Below are positions 16,874-26,932 of a DNA stretch of 64,000 nucleotides, piece after piece. Numbering within the stretch: position 1 is the stretch's first letter; every line of letters begins with the position of its first letter. The notes under the pieces are model-generated. The model worked only from the letters and a program-made list of their open reading frames with translations. It searched no databases and was not told where the DNA came from. The position numbers and the translations under genes are program-made. Source of the DNA: a virus; the IMG/VR virus record IMGVR_UViG_3300019776_000657, positions 1-64,000 of that record; one strand, given 5' to 3'.

Positions 16874-18180
16874 TGAGTGAAAAACCTAAAGCAATAATAA
16901 GCAACAGGATATATCTTAAACCACGTGACCAAGCCCACCTAAAACAAATCATGGAAGCTCTTACCTATCGTATTGAATTAAATACAGGTAAAAAGGGCAA
17001 AACCAAAAGAATCGAAATCATCAAAAACTATAAACTGTTGCCCAGAGATATTGTTAGCATACCTCAGGGTCGTAGGGACTTGATTCCAGAAGGTTGGGAA
17101 GTTGTAGACAAACGTGTTACACACGAAGTACCTTTTCCCAATCCTGTTTACCCACTACGTGACAGTCAACAGCCTGTATATGATCAGGTAGACGATACCT
17201 GCTTTATCAATGCACTTGTGGGCTGGGGCAAGACTTTTACTGCGTTACATTTAGCCCGTAAACTGGGTCAAAAAACACTGGTAATCACACACAATACTTT
17301 TTTGCGTGACCAGTGGATAGGCGAAGTAGAAAGTCTATACGGATTGACTCCTGGTGTAATCGGTGCTGGAGTGTTTGATATTGAAGATCACTTTATTGTG
17401 GTGGGAAATATTCAGAGTGTGATCAAACACATGACAACTCTAAGCAAAGAGTTTGGCACTGTGATCTTAGACGAGGCTCATCACGTACCAGCCGAAACTT
17501 TTGGTGAATTGATAGATGCCATGTACAGTCGATATCGTATTGCCCTGAGTGGTACTATGGAGAGAACTGACCGCAAGCACGTAGTATTTCGTGACTACTT
17601 TGGTGACAAGGTTTACAGACCACCACAAGCTCACACACTCAACCCAGTCATAAAAGTGGTCAACACAGGACTACACCTTAAAAATGACGGCACTTGGGTA
17701 GAAAAGATCAACCAACTGTTATACGATGAGGACTATCAAAACTTTATTGCAGCCATGGCTAAAATTCAGATGGGTCATGGTCACAGTGTTTTGATAGTAG
17801 CAGACAGAACCGAATTTTTGGAAAGAGTAAGGGATAAAATTGGAGAAAGTTGCGCGCTTGTTACAGGATCCACTACGTATGAACAACGTAAAATCATCAT
17901 CGAAGACCTTGAGTGTGAGAAAAAGTTGTGCGTTGCTGGTAGCCGTCAAATATTTTCAGAAGGAATCTCTGTCAACAGACTGTCATGTGTCATCTTGGCA
18001 GTACCAACCTCAAATCCAATCAGTCTAGAACAGATAATTGGACGAATCATGAGACTACACCCAAATAAACCAGATCCAGTAGTTTTAGACATATGTTTTG
18101 CTAGCGGCCCTGAGCGTCGGCAGGCTGCTTTAAGACTGGGTTTCTACATGGACAAGGGCTGGACAGTAGACAAACTGTAA
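16873..18180 (+). CDS. SF2 helicase (T5 D10-like)
   Basis: GWGKT, DEAHH, LSGT, QIIGRIMR. Confidence 0.92.
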   Translation: MSEKPKAIISNRIYLKPRDQAHLKQIMEALTYRIELNTGKKGKTKRIEIIKNYKLLPRDIVSIPQGRRDLIPEGWEVVDKRVTHEVPFPNPVYPLRDSQQPVYDQVDDTCFINALVGWGKTFTALHLARKLGQKTLVITHNTFLRDQWIGEVESLYGLTPGVIGAGVFDIEDHFIVVGNIQSVIKHMTTLSKEFGTVILDEAHHVPAETFGELIDAMYSRYRIALSGTMERTDRKHVVFRDYFGDKVYRPPQAHTLNPVIKVVNTGLHLKNDGTWVEKINQLLYDEDYQNFIAAMAKIQMGHGHSVLIVADRTEFLERVRDKIGESCALVTGSTTYEQRKIIIEDLECEKKLCVAGSRQIFSEGISVNRLSCVILAVPTSNPISLEQIIGRIMRLHPNKPDPVVLDICFASGPERRQAALRLGFYMDKGWTVDKL

Positions 18181-18198
18181 GGCAAAATAAATTTTGAC

Positions 18199-18227
18199 TT
18201 GCGCATACATAGTGTAAATGCTATAAT
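18199..18227 (+). promoter_or_regulatory. sigma70-type promoter
   Basis: TTGCGC-17nt-TATAAT with extended TG and AT-rich UP element. Confidence 0.7.
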
Positions 18228-18247
18228 AATTGTTCTTAAGGCAAATA

Positions 18248-18664
18248 ATGGCTTTATTTTTTAATTTAGAAGTTCTGGAGCGGGAAGCTGCAGGTGACCC
18301 CGATAAATTCCTAGCATTGCTTAACTATCATCATCGTGGCAGCATCCCCTCTAACTCTAAAACTAAATATAAACCTAGTAAATCATCGCTAAAAGGCACC
18401 AGTTACATACTGAATCCTGATCCTGTATTGAATCTAGAAAACATAGACCCTGGTTACAGAACACAATACATAAGACTGGCAGGAAGACGTAACTGGTTCC
18501 TATATAAAACACACGGCGTAATAACACTAGACAGATCGTTTTTTCCTGATCTCTTGATCGAAAAAATAAAGCACAATCCATTATTAATTATTGAAACCAA
18601 TCTAATCAAATTTAAATACGAGGAAATATACAATGGCTCTAAAGTTTGGCGACACAAAGGGTAA
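18248..18664 (+). CDS. hypothetical protein
   Basis: ORF between D10 and D11 as in T5. Confidence 0.65.
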   Translation: MALFFNLEVLEREAAGDPDKFLALLNYHHRGSIPSNSKTKYKPSKSSLKGTSYILNPDPVLNLENIDPGYRTQYIRLAGRRNWFLYKTHGVITLDRSFFPDLLIEKIKHNPLLIIETNLIKFKYEEIYNGSKVWRHKG

Positions 18665-19268
18665 GGCAGCAAAGAAGTCAGTTGAGGCCTATGAGTACAA
18701 AGACGGCGAAAACACAGTTCGACTGATTGGTGGTGTACTACCCCGATATGTGTACTGGTTGAAGGGTACAAACAACAAGGATATTCCTATTGAGTGTTTG
18801 GCCTTTGACCGTGAAAAAGAGAAGTTTACCAATGTAGAAATGGACCATGTTCCAAACTACTTCTCTGACAAGCGTTGCAGTTGGGCATACTCCATCAACT
18901 GTATCGATCCTAAAGATGGCAAAGTCAAGGCGCTGAACTTGAAGAAGAAGCTGTTCGAACAGATTCTTAGCGCAGCAGAAGACTTGGGCGATCCTACGGA
19001 CTATGACAGTGGATGGGATGTTGTATTCAAGCGTCAAAAGACCGGTCCTCTACCTTTCAATGTAGAGTACAATCTTAGTGTATTGAAGTGCAAGCGTCGT
19101 TCTTTGACACCAGAAGAGCGTGGCCTAGCAGATGTTGCCGAAGACATTGACAGCAAGTTCCCTCGTCCATCTCCAGAAGAAGTCAAGGCTGCCCTAGAGA
19201 AGTTGGTGGCTGGCTCCGTTGCTGAAGACGAAGCTGTTGACGATGAATCTATCAAAGAACTAGGTTAA
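18633..19268 (+). CDS. ssDNA-binding protein (T5 D11-like)
   Basis: GENTVRL.G.VLPRYVYW, LKKKLFEQI, DPTD...GWD, acidic C-terminal tail. Confidence 0.82.
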   Translation: MALKFGDTKGKAAKKSVEAYEYKDGENTVRLIGGVLPRYVYWLKGTNNKDIPIECLAFDREKEKFTNVEMDHVPNYFSDKRCSWAYSINCIDPKDGKVKALNLKKKLFEQILSAAEDLGDPTDYDSGWDVVFKRQKTGPLPFNVEYNLSVLKCKRRSLTPEERGLADVAEDIDSKFPRPSPEEVKAALEKLVAGSVAEDEAVDDESIKELG

Positions 19269-19270
19269 TC

Positions 19271-19309
19271 AAAAAGCCCCTAAGACGTTGAACTCTTAGG
19301 GGCTTTTCT
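19271..19309 (+). terminator. intrinsic terminator
   Basis: AAAAGCCCCTAAGA...TCTTAGGGGCTTTT. Confidence 0.8.
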
Positions 19310-19321
19310 CACTGAGGAATT

Positions 19322-20287
19322 ATGAAATTACTATTTACTGCCGATATCCACATAAAATTGGGTCAAAAGAGTGTTCCTATTGATTGGGCTAAAAATCGGT
19401 ATGAAATCATGATGGATCAATTGTGGGAGATTCAGGAAAGCTGTGATGCAATGATTGTTGGTGGAGACCTATTCGACAAGTTACCCAACATGGAGGAGCT
19501 TGAAGTTTACTTTGACTTTGTAGCCAGCTGTAAGATTCCTACTTATATCTACAGTGGCAATCATGAAGCAGTCAAAAAGAATACTACTTTTTTGACTAAT
19601 CTTAAGAGTGCCACCACCAGGATCAATACTCAAGTATCAATAGTAGATGACTACTGGCACAAACTGCCAGGTATTGATATTATTCCTTATAATAAATTGA
19701 AGGAATGGGAAAAAGATCCTGACAATACTTTTTATAGTACCCACAACCGAATACTTTGTACTCACGTCAGAGGAGAGATTCCACCACATGTTAAACCTGA
19801 AATACCTCTTGAAATGTTTGATCGCTGGAGTGTGGTTTTGGCCGGGGATCTTCACTCTTACGACAATTGCCAGCGTAATATTCTTTACCCTGGTAGTCCA
19901 GTTACCACTAGTTTTCATCGCAACCATGTTGATACCGGCGTTATTGTTATGGATACTGATACTCTGGAACATACTTGGGTAAAACTAAAAGTACCACAAC
20001 TTATTCGCAAGACTGTTAAAGCAGGTGAACCCATGGTTGCCACAGAGTATGATCACACCATCTATGAAGTAGAAGGTGACATGAGTGAACTGAGTGGCGT
20101 AGAAGACAGCCACTTAATCGACAAAAAGATTGTTAAACGAGAAACAGACACTGCACTGATCTTGGCTCCAGAACTTACACTAAACGAAGAAGTTGCAGAA
20201 TACCTACGATATGTCTTACAGTTAAATGAAGACTCCATATCAAAAGCACTACAGGAATTGACTAACAATGCAGAAAGACTTATTTAA
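19322..20287 (+). CDS. SbcD/Mre11-like nuclease (T5 D12-like)
   Basis: ADIH, GDLFD, GNHE, GDLH, YPGSP metallophosphoesterase motifs. Confidence 0.92.
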   Translation: MKLLFTADIHIKLGQKSVPIDWAKNRYEIMMDQLWEIQESCDAMIVGGDLFDKLPNMEELEVYFDFVASCKIPTYIYSGNHEAVKKNTTFLTNLKSATTRINTQVSIVDDYWHKLPGIDIIPYNKLKEWEKDPDNTFYSTHNRILCTHVRGEIPPHVKPEIPLEMFDRWSVVLAGDLHSYDNCQRNILYPGSPVTTSFHRNHVDTGVIVMDTDTLEHTWVKLKVPQLIRKTVKAGEPMVATEYDHTIYEVEGDMSELSGVEDSHLIDKKIVKRETDTALILAPELTLNEEVAEYLRYVLQLNEDSISKALQELTNNAERLI

Positions 20288-20522
20288 TACAGCCACAGTC
20301 TACAGCCAACACGGTTGTACTGCGTGTGACACAGCTGTGGCCTTGCTAAAAAGAAAAGATTATGTGGTAGAAGTTCGCAAGATTGGTGAGGGCGAAGCCT
20401 GGTCTAAAAAGGACTTGTTAGATGCTGTTCCCAATGCTAGAAGTGTACCACAGATTTTTATTAATAACAATCATATTGGAGGTCTTCCTCAACTACAAGA
20501 GTTTTTGAAGAACATTCAATGA
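20268..20522 (+). CDS. glutaredoxin-like protein
   Basis: CTAC active site, RSVPQIFI...IGG. Confidence 0.85.
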   Translation: MQKDLFNTATVYSQHGCTACDTAVALLKRKDYVVEVRKIGEGEAWSKKDLLDAVPNARSVPQIFINNNHIGGLPQLQEFLKNIQ

Positions 20523-22318
20523 TTACACTAAAAACAATGAGGTGGAGCAATCTATTTAGTTATGGTGAAAATAACCAGATTGACTTCAGCAACAGTCCAC
20601 TAACACAAATTGTGGGGAGTAATGGACATGGCAAGAGCAGTATTGCCTTAATACTAGAAGAGGTATTGTACAATAAAAACTCCAAAGGCATCAAAAAAGC
20701 AGACATTTTAAATAGAAATGTAAAGAGCAAGAATTACACCATCGAACTGGACTTTGATAAAGATGGTGAAAGTTACACCATTAAAACAGTTCGTGGTACA
20801 ACACAGAATGTTAAACTGACTTGTTCTGGTGAAGACATTAGCAGTCACACTTCTACTGCAACCTACAAAACCATTGAAGAATTGATAGGCTATGACCACA
20901 AGACTTTTTGTCAGATAGTTTATCAAAGCAGTGCAGCCAGCTTAGAGTTTTTAACTGCCACCGACGGCAATCGTAAAAAGTTCTTGATTGACCTACTCAA
21001 CCTGAGTAAGTATGTTGAATTGGGTGATGTATTCAAGGACTTGGCAAAAGGTGTAGATAGTGCAGTTACTACAGCCAATGCTAAAATTGCAACCTGTACA
21101 GACTGGTTAAAAAAGTACAAGAGTGTAGACTTAACAAAACAACAGGTATTAGAGGTTCCTGAGCAACCAAAAGAGTTGGAAGACAGTTGTCAGGAAACCA
21201 AAAATACTATCAGAGATATTGAAGCCAAAAATAAGACTATTGTACAAAACAACAAGTATAAAGAATTATTGGATGGATTGGTAGTAAAACCTGTAGGTGC
21301 AAAACCGGGCAGTGAACTGTCAAACTATACAACAGAAAAGATTGAACTAACAAAAACAGTCAAAGACTGTGACGTGTTTATTTCAAAAATGGCAAAATTA
21401 GGAAGTGTTTGTCCTACTTGTCTACAAGACATTGACAAACACAAAATTGATGACTTATTAAATGAACAAAAGTCATCAAAGAATTATGCCAATATTAGAA
21501 TTCAAGAACTAGAATCCATGATTAAACATCTAGAGCTTGAAGTCAAGGAATGGAACAAATTAAATGAGGTCAAGGAACTGTATGAAGAATATCATGCACT
21601 ATATGATCCCAATATCAGCAATGTTATCTTAGACAAGAAAACCCTAGAAGACACCATCAAGGTTACAGAGAGCACAATTCAGGAGATCAAAGATAACATC
21701 AAAAAGGTTGTAGACAGCAATAACAAGGTAGTTGCTCACAATGCAAAAGTAGATGTTATCTTAAGCCAGCTAGAAGAGATGGAATCTAGCTTAGTTAGTC
21801 ACCAAGAAGAACTAAGACAAGCCAATGATAAGTTGAGCACTCTTCAAGTATTAGTAAAAACTTTTAGTCCTACAGGCTTGGTGGCTTATAAGATTGAGTG
21901 TTTGGTCAAAGACTTGGAGTCTACTACAAATGAGTACTTAGGCGAATTGAGTGGTGGACGCTTTCAGTTGGGTTTCAGAATTGCAGGCAGTGATAAGTTG
22001 AACGTAGTTATCACAGATCAAGGCAAAGACATTGAGATCCTAGCACTGAGTGGTGGCGAAAGAGCCAGAGTAAATGCAGCAGCACTGTTAGGCATTCGCA
22101 AACTGATGCAGAGTTTGAGCAATACCAGAATCAATTTATTGATACTAGACGAGACTATTGAAAACTTGGACATTGAAGGCAAAGAAAAACTTGTTGAGGT
22201 ATTGCTACAAGAAGAATACTTAAATACGTTTGTTATCAGTCACGGATTCCAACATCCTCTCCTAGAAAAGATAACTGTAGTAAAACAAAATAACATTTCT
22301 AGGATTGAGAATGGTTGA
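20519..22318 (+). CDS. SbcC/Rad50-like ATPase (T5 D13-like)
   Basis: GSNGHGKS, coiled coil with CPTC hook, LSGGE, LILDE, ISH. Confidence 0.94.
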   Translation: MITLKTMRWSNLFSYGENNQIDFSNSPLTQIVGSNGHGKSSIALILEEVLYNKNSKGIKKADILNRNVKSKNYTIELDFDKDGESYTIKTVRGTTQNVKLTCSGEDISSHTSTATYKTIEELIGYDHKTFCQIVYQSSAASLEFLTATDGNRKKFLIDLLNLSKYVELGDVFKDLAKGVDSAVTTANAKIATCTDWLKKYKSVDLTKQQVLEVPEQPKELEDSCQETKNTIRDIEAKNKTIVQNNKYKELLDGLVVKPVGAKPGSELSNYTTEKIELTKTVKDCDVFISKMAKLGSVCPTCLQDIDKHKIDDLLNEQKSSKNYANIRIQELESMIKHLELEVKEWNKLNEVKELYEEYHALYDPNISNVILDKKTLEDTIKVTESTIQEIKDNIKKVVDSNNKVVAHNAKVDVILSQLEEMESSLVSHQEELRQANDKLSTLQVLVKTFSPTGLVAYKIECLVKDLESTTNEYLGELSGGRFQLGFRIAGSDKLNVVITDQGKDIEILALSGGERARVNAAALLGIRKLMQSLSNTRINLLILDETIENLDIEGKEKLVEVLLQEEYLNTFVISHGFQHPLLEKITVVKQNNISRIENG

Positions 22319-22763
22319 CAGCAGAGACAAAGGTAGCAGAGCGGAAACTGCTGTAAAAAAGACCCTAAAAGATCTCACAGGATTAGACTGGCAGCGTACT
22401 CCTGGTAGTGGTGCCCTAGATGCCAAACACTTGATGAAGGGCGACCTATATCTTCCAGGTGTTGGCAATGTGTTTTGTGTAGAAGTAAAGCATTATCAAG
22501 ACGATCATCTTACCAGCAAAATCTTAACAGATAAAACTCCACAACTGTTTCACTGGTGGGAACAGTGCAAACGCCAAGCAGATCAGGTAAACCGCGAGCC
22601 GTTGCTCGTATTTAAGTTTGATCGTAGCAAAATGTTTTGCGCTTTTGAACTGATGCCAAATAGTCACTTGCCGTTTATGTATGTAAGCCGCAATGGTTTT
22701 GAGTTTTATGTGGCAGTGTTAGAGGACTGGATCAAGATGGAACGTCCGCAATTTGTATGTTGA
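22311..22763 (+). CDS. Holliday junction resolvase-like nuclease (T5 D14-like)
   Basis: KG.RAE, RTPGSGA, KGDL, VEVK PD-(D/E)xK. Confidence 0.85.
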   Translation: MVDSRDKGSRAETAVKKTLKDLTGLDWQRTPGSGALDAKHLMKGDLYLPGVGNVFCVEVKHYQDDHLTSKILTDKTPQLFHWWEQCKRQADQVNREPLLVFKFDRSKMFCAFELMPNSHLPFMYVSRNGFEFYVAVLEDWIKMERPQFVC

Positions 22764-22788
22764 ATGTCACTATTCAATATTATATAAT
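22760..22788 (+). promoter_or_regulatory. sigma70-type promoter
   Basis: TTGAAT-17nt-TATAAT. Confidence 0.6.
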
Positions 22789-22811
22789 AGTAGATTAACT
22801 AAACAATCAAC

Positions 22812-23663
22812 ATGAGTATTGAATTCAACAAAGTACAAGAGCTAGAATCAAACACTGCCCTAGTGGTGGACTGTCTCAATCTGGGTTTTCGATGGAAGCA
22901 CAGTGGCGATACCGACTTCCTAGACAACTATTTGAGAACAGTGGACAGCTTACGCAAGAGCTATAAAGCTGGTAAGGTTATCCTAACCTGTGACAGTGGT
23001 AGTAGTAGCTATCGTAAAGCTATTTATCCTGACTACAAACAAAACCGCAAAGACAAGTTTGATCAGCAAACTCCAGAAGAGCAATTGGCTTTTGAACGAT
23101 TCTTTACAGAGTTTAACCGTGTAATGGATCACTATAAGAGTTCCTCAAAGCACCCACTATTTCGTTTTGAAAAGTGTGAAGCAGACGATATTGCTGCTTA
23201 CATTGTGAAATACCGCAAAAAGCTGGGCATTGATAAAGTGGTCTTGATCTCTAGTGACAGAGACTGGGACTTGTTAATCAGTGAGGATGTAATGCGGTTT
23301 AGTTACGTTACACGCAAAGAAATTACATGGGAAAATTGGAACGAACATTATGAGTACAACCCTGCTGATCATATTAGTATCAAGTGCCTTACTGGCGATT
23401 CCGGTGATAACATTCCTGGTGTGGCCGGAATTGGTCCGAAAAAGGCGCAAACTCTGGTATCTACTTATGGCAGTACCTGGGATATCATTGCTAATTTGCC
23501 AATTGTTAGTCGTTATAAATATGTTCAAAGTCTTAACGAGTTCGGGGCTGATGCCTTGATGTTAAACTACAAACTAATGGACCTGCTAGAATTCTGTGAC
23601 GAAGCATTGGGTCCAACAAACTGCGAAACCATTAATACCACACTCTTAAATTATGCTAATTAA
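22812..23663 (+). CDS. 5'-3' flap endonuclease (T5 D15-like)
   Basis: NL.FRWKH, YKQNR, EADD, SSDRDW, GDSGDNIPGV.GIGPKKA. Confidence 0.94.
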   Translation: MSIEFNKVQELESNTALVVDCLNLGFRWKHSGDTDFLDNYLRTVDSLRKSYKAGKVILTCDSGSSSYRKAIYPDYKQNRKDKFDQQTPEEQLAFERFFTEFNRVMDHYKSSSKHPLFRFEKCEADDIAAYIVKYRKKLGIDKVVLISSDRDWDLLISEDVMRFSYVTRKEITWENWNEHYEYNPADHISIKCLTGDSGDNIPGVAGIGPKKAQTLVSTYGSTWDIIANLPIVSRYKYVQSLNEFGADALMLNYKLMDLLEFCDEALGPTNCETINTTLLNYAN

Positions 23664-24096
23664 ACTAGAACATCCAGCATGTATGCCTACTCGCAGCAAC
23701 CCCACAGATGCTGGATTGGACTTACGAGCTAAAACTACAACTACTCTGCAAATGGGTAAAAGAACACTGGTACCTACTGGTGTAAGCGTAAAAATTCCTG
23801 TAAATAATGTGGGATTGCTGTTTCCACGTAGCTCACTGAGCAAACAGGGTATTACAATGACCAATTCGGTTGGTGTAATTGACAGTGATTATCGTGGCGA
23901 AATCATGGCTTCACTCATGTTTAATGGGGTCCCAGGAAATTGTAACGAATTAGAATTGCCAGCTGGCGAACGAATTGTTCAGCTGGTTATAGTTCCAATT
24001 GTTATTCCAATGCTGGAAGTAATGGATTGGTCAGAAAACGAATGGAATGACACACAACGCGGTACTGGCGGATTTGGCAGTACTGGAAAGGCTTAA
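23653..24096 (+). CDS. dut: dUTPase
   Basis: DAGLDL, PRSS, GVIDSDYRGE, RIVQLV, RGTGGFGSTG. Confidence 0.97.
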   Translation: MLIKLEHPACMPTRSNPTDAGLDLRAKTTTTLQMGKRTLVPTGVSVKIPVNNVGLLFPRSSLSKQGITMTNSVGVIDSDYRGEIMASLMFNGVPGNCNELELPAGERIVQLVIVPIVIPMLEVMDWSENEWNDTQRGTGGFGSTGKA

Positions 24097-24098
24097 AT

Positions 24099-25955
24099 AT
24101 GGACGACAAACAAGCATTGGCAGATATTACAGTATTTAACAAATACGCTCGATTTGATCACAGCTTAAATAGGCGCGAAAATTGGAGTGAAATTGTTACT
24201 CGCAATATGAATATGCACAAAACTAAGTATCCGCATATGAGTAGCAAAATCGATGAAGTCTATAAGGAATTTGTTTATACCAAGAAGGTATTACCATCCA
24301 TGAGGTCACTGCAATTTGGTGGCAAACCTATTTTGATGGCAGAAAACAGAATTTTCAACTGCGCATATATGCCTGCAGAATCTACAAAATTTTTTAGTGA
24401 ACTTATGTTTCTACTTTTAGGTGGAACAGGTGTTGGATACTCTGTACAAAGTCGACACATAAATAAGTTGCCAAAAATTAAAGCTCCTGAAAGCGATAAT
24501 GAATACAAGTATCAAATTCAAGATAGTATTGTAGGCTGGAGTGATGCAGTAAAAGTAGTATGTAAAGCGTTTTTTAATGCAGGTACTTTGCCTGTGTTTG
24601 ACTACAGAGACATTCGCGAAAAAGGTGCTGATTTAATTACAACCGGAGGTCAAGCTCCGGGACCAGATCCTCTCAGAACTTGTATCGAAAATATGATTCC
24701 TATTTTTAGGAATGCCGTTGGACGTAGGTTGAAACCTGTAGAAGTACACGATTTGGCATGTATTATTGCTGATGCTGTATTAGCAGGAGGTATTCGTAGA
24801 GCTGCAATGATTTGCCTATTTGACAGATTTGATGAAGAAATGTTAACTTGCAAATCCGGAGAATGGTGGAAAAATTATCCTGCCAGAGCACGCGCAAATA
24901 ATTCTGCTGTACTACCACGAGGGGAGGTATCAGAACAAGAATTTAAATTGTTAATGAAGAGGGTAGAACAAAGTGGGTGCGGCGAGCCAGGAGTTTATTG
25001 GACTAACAATAAAGACTGGGGAACAAATCCATGTTGTGAAATTGCTCTACGTCCCTACCAGATGTGTAATTTAACAGAAATTAATGCGGGCGCTATTAAT
25101 TCTCAAAAAGACTTTAATAAAGTAAGTCGTGCAGCTAGTTTTATTGGTACATTGCAAGCAGGATATACAGATTTTCACTATCTAAATCCAAAATGGAAAA
25201 TTGCTTGTGAAAAGGATGCTCTATTAGGTGTGTCCATGACTGGAATTGCCAGCGGAACTATTGAACAATTGGATAGTACTTGGGCTTCGGAAGAGGCTGT
25301 TGAGCAAAATAGAGAAACTGCGAGAGATATTGGTATTAATCCAGCTGCTCGTACAACTACTGTCAAACCAGCAGGTACTACTAGCTTAGTATTAGGAACT
25401 AGTAGTGGTATTCATGCTTGGCATGCCCCATACTACATACGTCGTATGAGAGCCGGCAAAGATGAGGCTTTAGCTAAGTATATGAGTATTGCTGCACCTG
25501 AGCTTGTAGAACAAGATGTAATGAATGACAAGCAGGTTGTATTAAGCTTTCCCCAAAAAGCTCCAGAGAATGCTAAAGTACGTACCGAATCAATGTTTAG
25601 CCTACTTGAACGAGTAAAACATGTAAGCCAAAGCTGGGTAGCTCCTGGACATACTGAGGGAGATAACAAACACAACGTATCTTGTACTATTTCTGTTAAA
25701 GACAACGAGTGGATACCTCTAACAGAATGGATGTGGAAAAATAGAGAGTACTACAACGGTATATCAGTACTTCCGTACTTTGGGGCAGAAGCGTATCCAC
25801 AACTGCCTTTTGAAGACATCACCAAAGAACAGTATGAAAAACTGCTGCCTTTCCTGAAAAATATTGATATTAGTCAGGTTTTTGAGAACAATGGGCGCTC
25901 AGTAGATCTTGCAAGTGAACTAGCCTGTAGTGGCGGAGCTTGCGAAATATTGTAA
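24099..25955 (+). CDS. nrdJ: class II (adenosylcobalamin) ribonucleotide reductase, RTPR-like
   Basis: PSMRSL, FNC, GGIRRAAMI, GTNPCCEI, CNLTE, TTVKPAGT, C-terminal ACSGGACE; no beta subunit gene nearby. Confidence 0.88.
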   Translation: MDDKQALADITVFNKYARFDHSLNRRENWSEIVTRNMNMHKTKYPHMSSKIDEVYKEFVYTKKVLPSMRSLQFGGKPILMAENRIFNCAYMPAESTKFFSELMFLLLGGTGVGYSVQSRHINKLPKIKAPESDNEYKYQIQDSIVGWSDAVKVVCKAFFNAGTLPVFDYRDIREKGADLITTGGQAPGPDPLRTCIENMIPIFRNAVGRRLKPVEVHDLACIIADAVLAGGIRRAAMICLFDRFDEEMLTCKSGEWWKNYPARARANNSAVLPRGEVSEQEFKLLMKRVEQSGCGEPGVYWTNNKDWGTNPCCEIALRPYQMCNLTEINAGAINSQKDFNKVSRAASFIGTLQAGYTDFHYLNPKWKIACEKDALLGVSMTGIASGTIEQLDSTWASEEAVEQNRETARDIGINPAARTTTVKPAGTTSLVLGTSSGIHAWHAPYYIRRMRAGKDEALAKYMSIAAPELVEQDVMNDKQVVLSFPQKAPENAKVRTESMFSLLERVKHVSQSWVAPGHTEGDNKHNVSCTISVKDNEWIPLTEWMWKNREYYNGISVLPYFGAEAYPQLPFEDITKEQYEKLLPFLKNIDISQVFENNGRSVDLASELACSGGACEIL

Positions 25956-25973
25956 AGCAAAATAAATTTGTAC

Positions 25974-26002
25974 TTGTCTCTACAAAGCATCCATGCTATA
26001 AT
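25974..26002 (+). promoter_or_regulatory. sigma70-type promoter of the second GIY-YIG gene
   Basis: TTGTCT-17nt-TATAAT preceded by AAATAAATTTGTA. Confidence 0.65.
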
Positions 26003-26031
26003 TGATGGATAATTTGAGGGGACAGGTATTT

Positions 26032-26736
26032 ATGACATGTGGCATATACTTATTAAAATTTAATGGTACCAATAAGGTATACGTGGGCCAATCTGAAAAT
26101 ATTGAGTATAGGTATAAAAAACATTTGCAAAGGCTAAAAAGAGGCGACCATAATTATAAAATGCAGCAAGCATATAAAGACTATGGATCGCCCATATTAG
26201 AAATAGTACTTGCAGATTTAACCAAAGAAGAGCTAAATTCAAACGAGTATGAAGCTTTTAAAATTTATGACTCAATATCTAATGGATTTAATATAGCTGA
26301 GCAGCCAAGTATTCATGGTAGTGGAGAGCTTAATCCAAGTTCAAAGTATCCAAATGAAAAACTAATAGAAGTATTATTTTTATTATTAAATATTAATAAT
26401 ACCTACAAACAAATAGAATCACTTACAAGTGTAAGTGAAAGTACTATACGGCATATTGCAAATCAAGAAGCCCATCATTGGTTAGAACAAAAATACCCTT
26501 TAGAATACTCACAACTGAGGAATTTAAAGGGTAAAAGATCTACTGGTAAAAATACAGCAATAGATCGAGGTATAGTATATCCTACAATACTTTCCCCGAC
26601 TGGAGAAGAGTATAATATTACTAATATTGCAGCTTTTGCTAAGGAACACGGATTAGATAGCAGTTCATTAGCTAAAGTGTTAAAGAAACGGCCAAAGTAT
26701 AACAGTCATAAAGGCTGGAAACTAAAACAAACTTAA
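26032..26736 (+). CDS. GIY-YIG homing endonuclease (paralog of 6000..6689)
   Basis: GIY...YVGQSENIEYR...H; shared C-terminal pattern YP.I.SP.G..YNITN...F...H.L...SHK.WKL. Confidence 0.9.
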   Translation: MTCGIYLLKFNGTNKVYVGQSENIEYRYKKHLQRLKRGDHNYKMQQAYKDYGSPILEIVLADLTKEELNSNEYEAFKIYDSISNGFNIAEQPSIHGSGELNPSSKYPNEKLIEVLFLLLNINNTYKQIESLTSVSESTIRHIANQEAHHWLEQKYPLEYSQLRNLKGKRSTGKNTAIDRGIVYPTILSPTGEEYNITNIAAFAKEHGLDSSSLAKVLKKRPKYNSHKGWKLKQT

Positions 26737-26748
26737 CAAGAGGAAAAT

Positions 26749-26895
26749 ATGGAATTTACATTTAAGGTATCAGAGCAAGAAGCAAACGTGATTCTTGCAG
26801 GACTTCAGGAATTACCAGCCAAGCTGGCTAATCCATTGACTCGTAAGTTGCAAGAACAGGCTCAAGAGCAGATGCTAAAAAAGGAAGAAGAATGA
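26749..26895 (+). CDS. 48-aa hypothetical protein (not in the ORF track)
   Basis: GAGG RBS; MEFTFKVSEQEANVILAGLQELPAKLANPLTRKLQEQAQEQMLKKEEE. Confidence 0.7.
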   Translation: MEFTFKVSEQEANVILAGLQELPAKLANPLTRKLQEQAQEQMLKKEEE

Positions 26896-26932
26896 AAAAA
26901 GCCCCTCAACCTAAAAGTTGAGGGGCTTTTTT
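26895..26932. terminator. bidirectional terminator between the convergent early/middle and late arms
   Basis: AAAAAAGCCCCTCAAC-CTAAAA-GTTGAGGGGCTTTTTT. Confidence 0.88.

Noticed and set aside
14062-25955. Inteins or group I introns in polA, helicases or nrdJ
   Set aside because: ORFs are continuous, of expected size, with no intein terminal motifs
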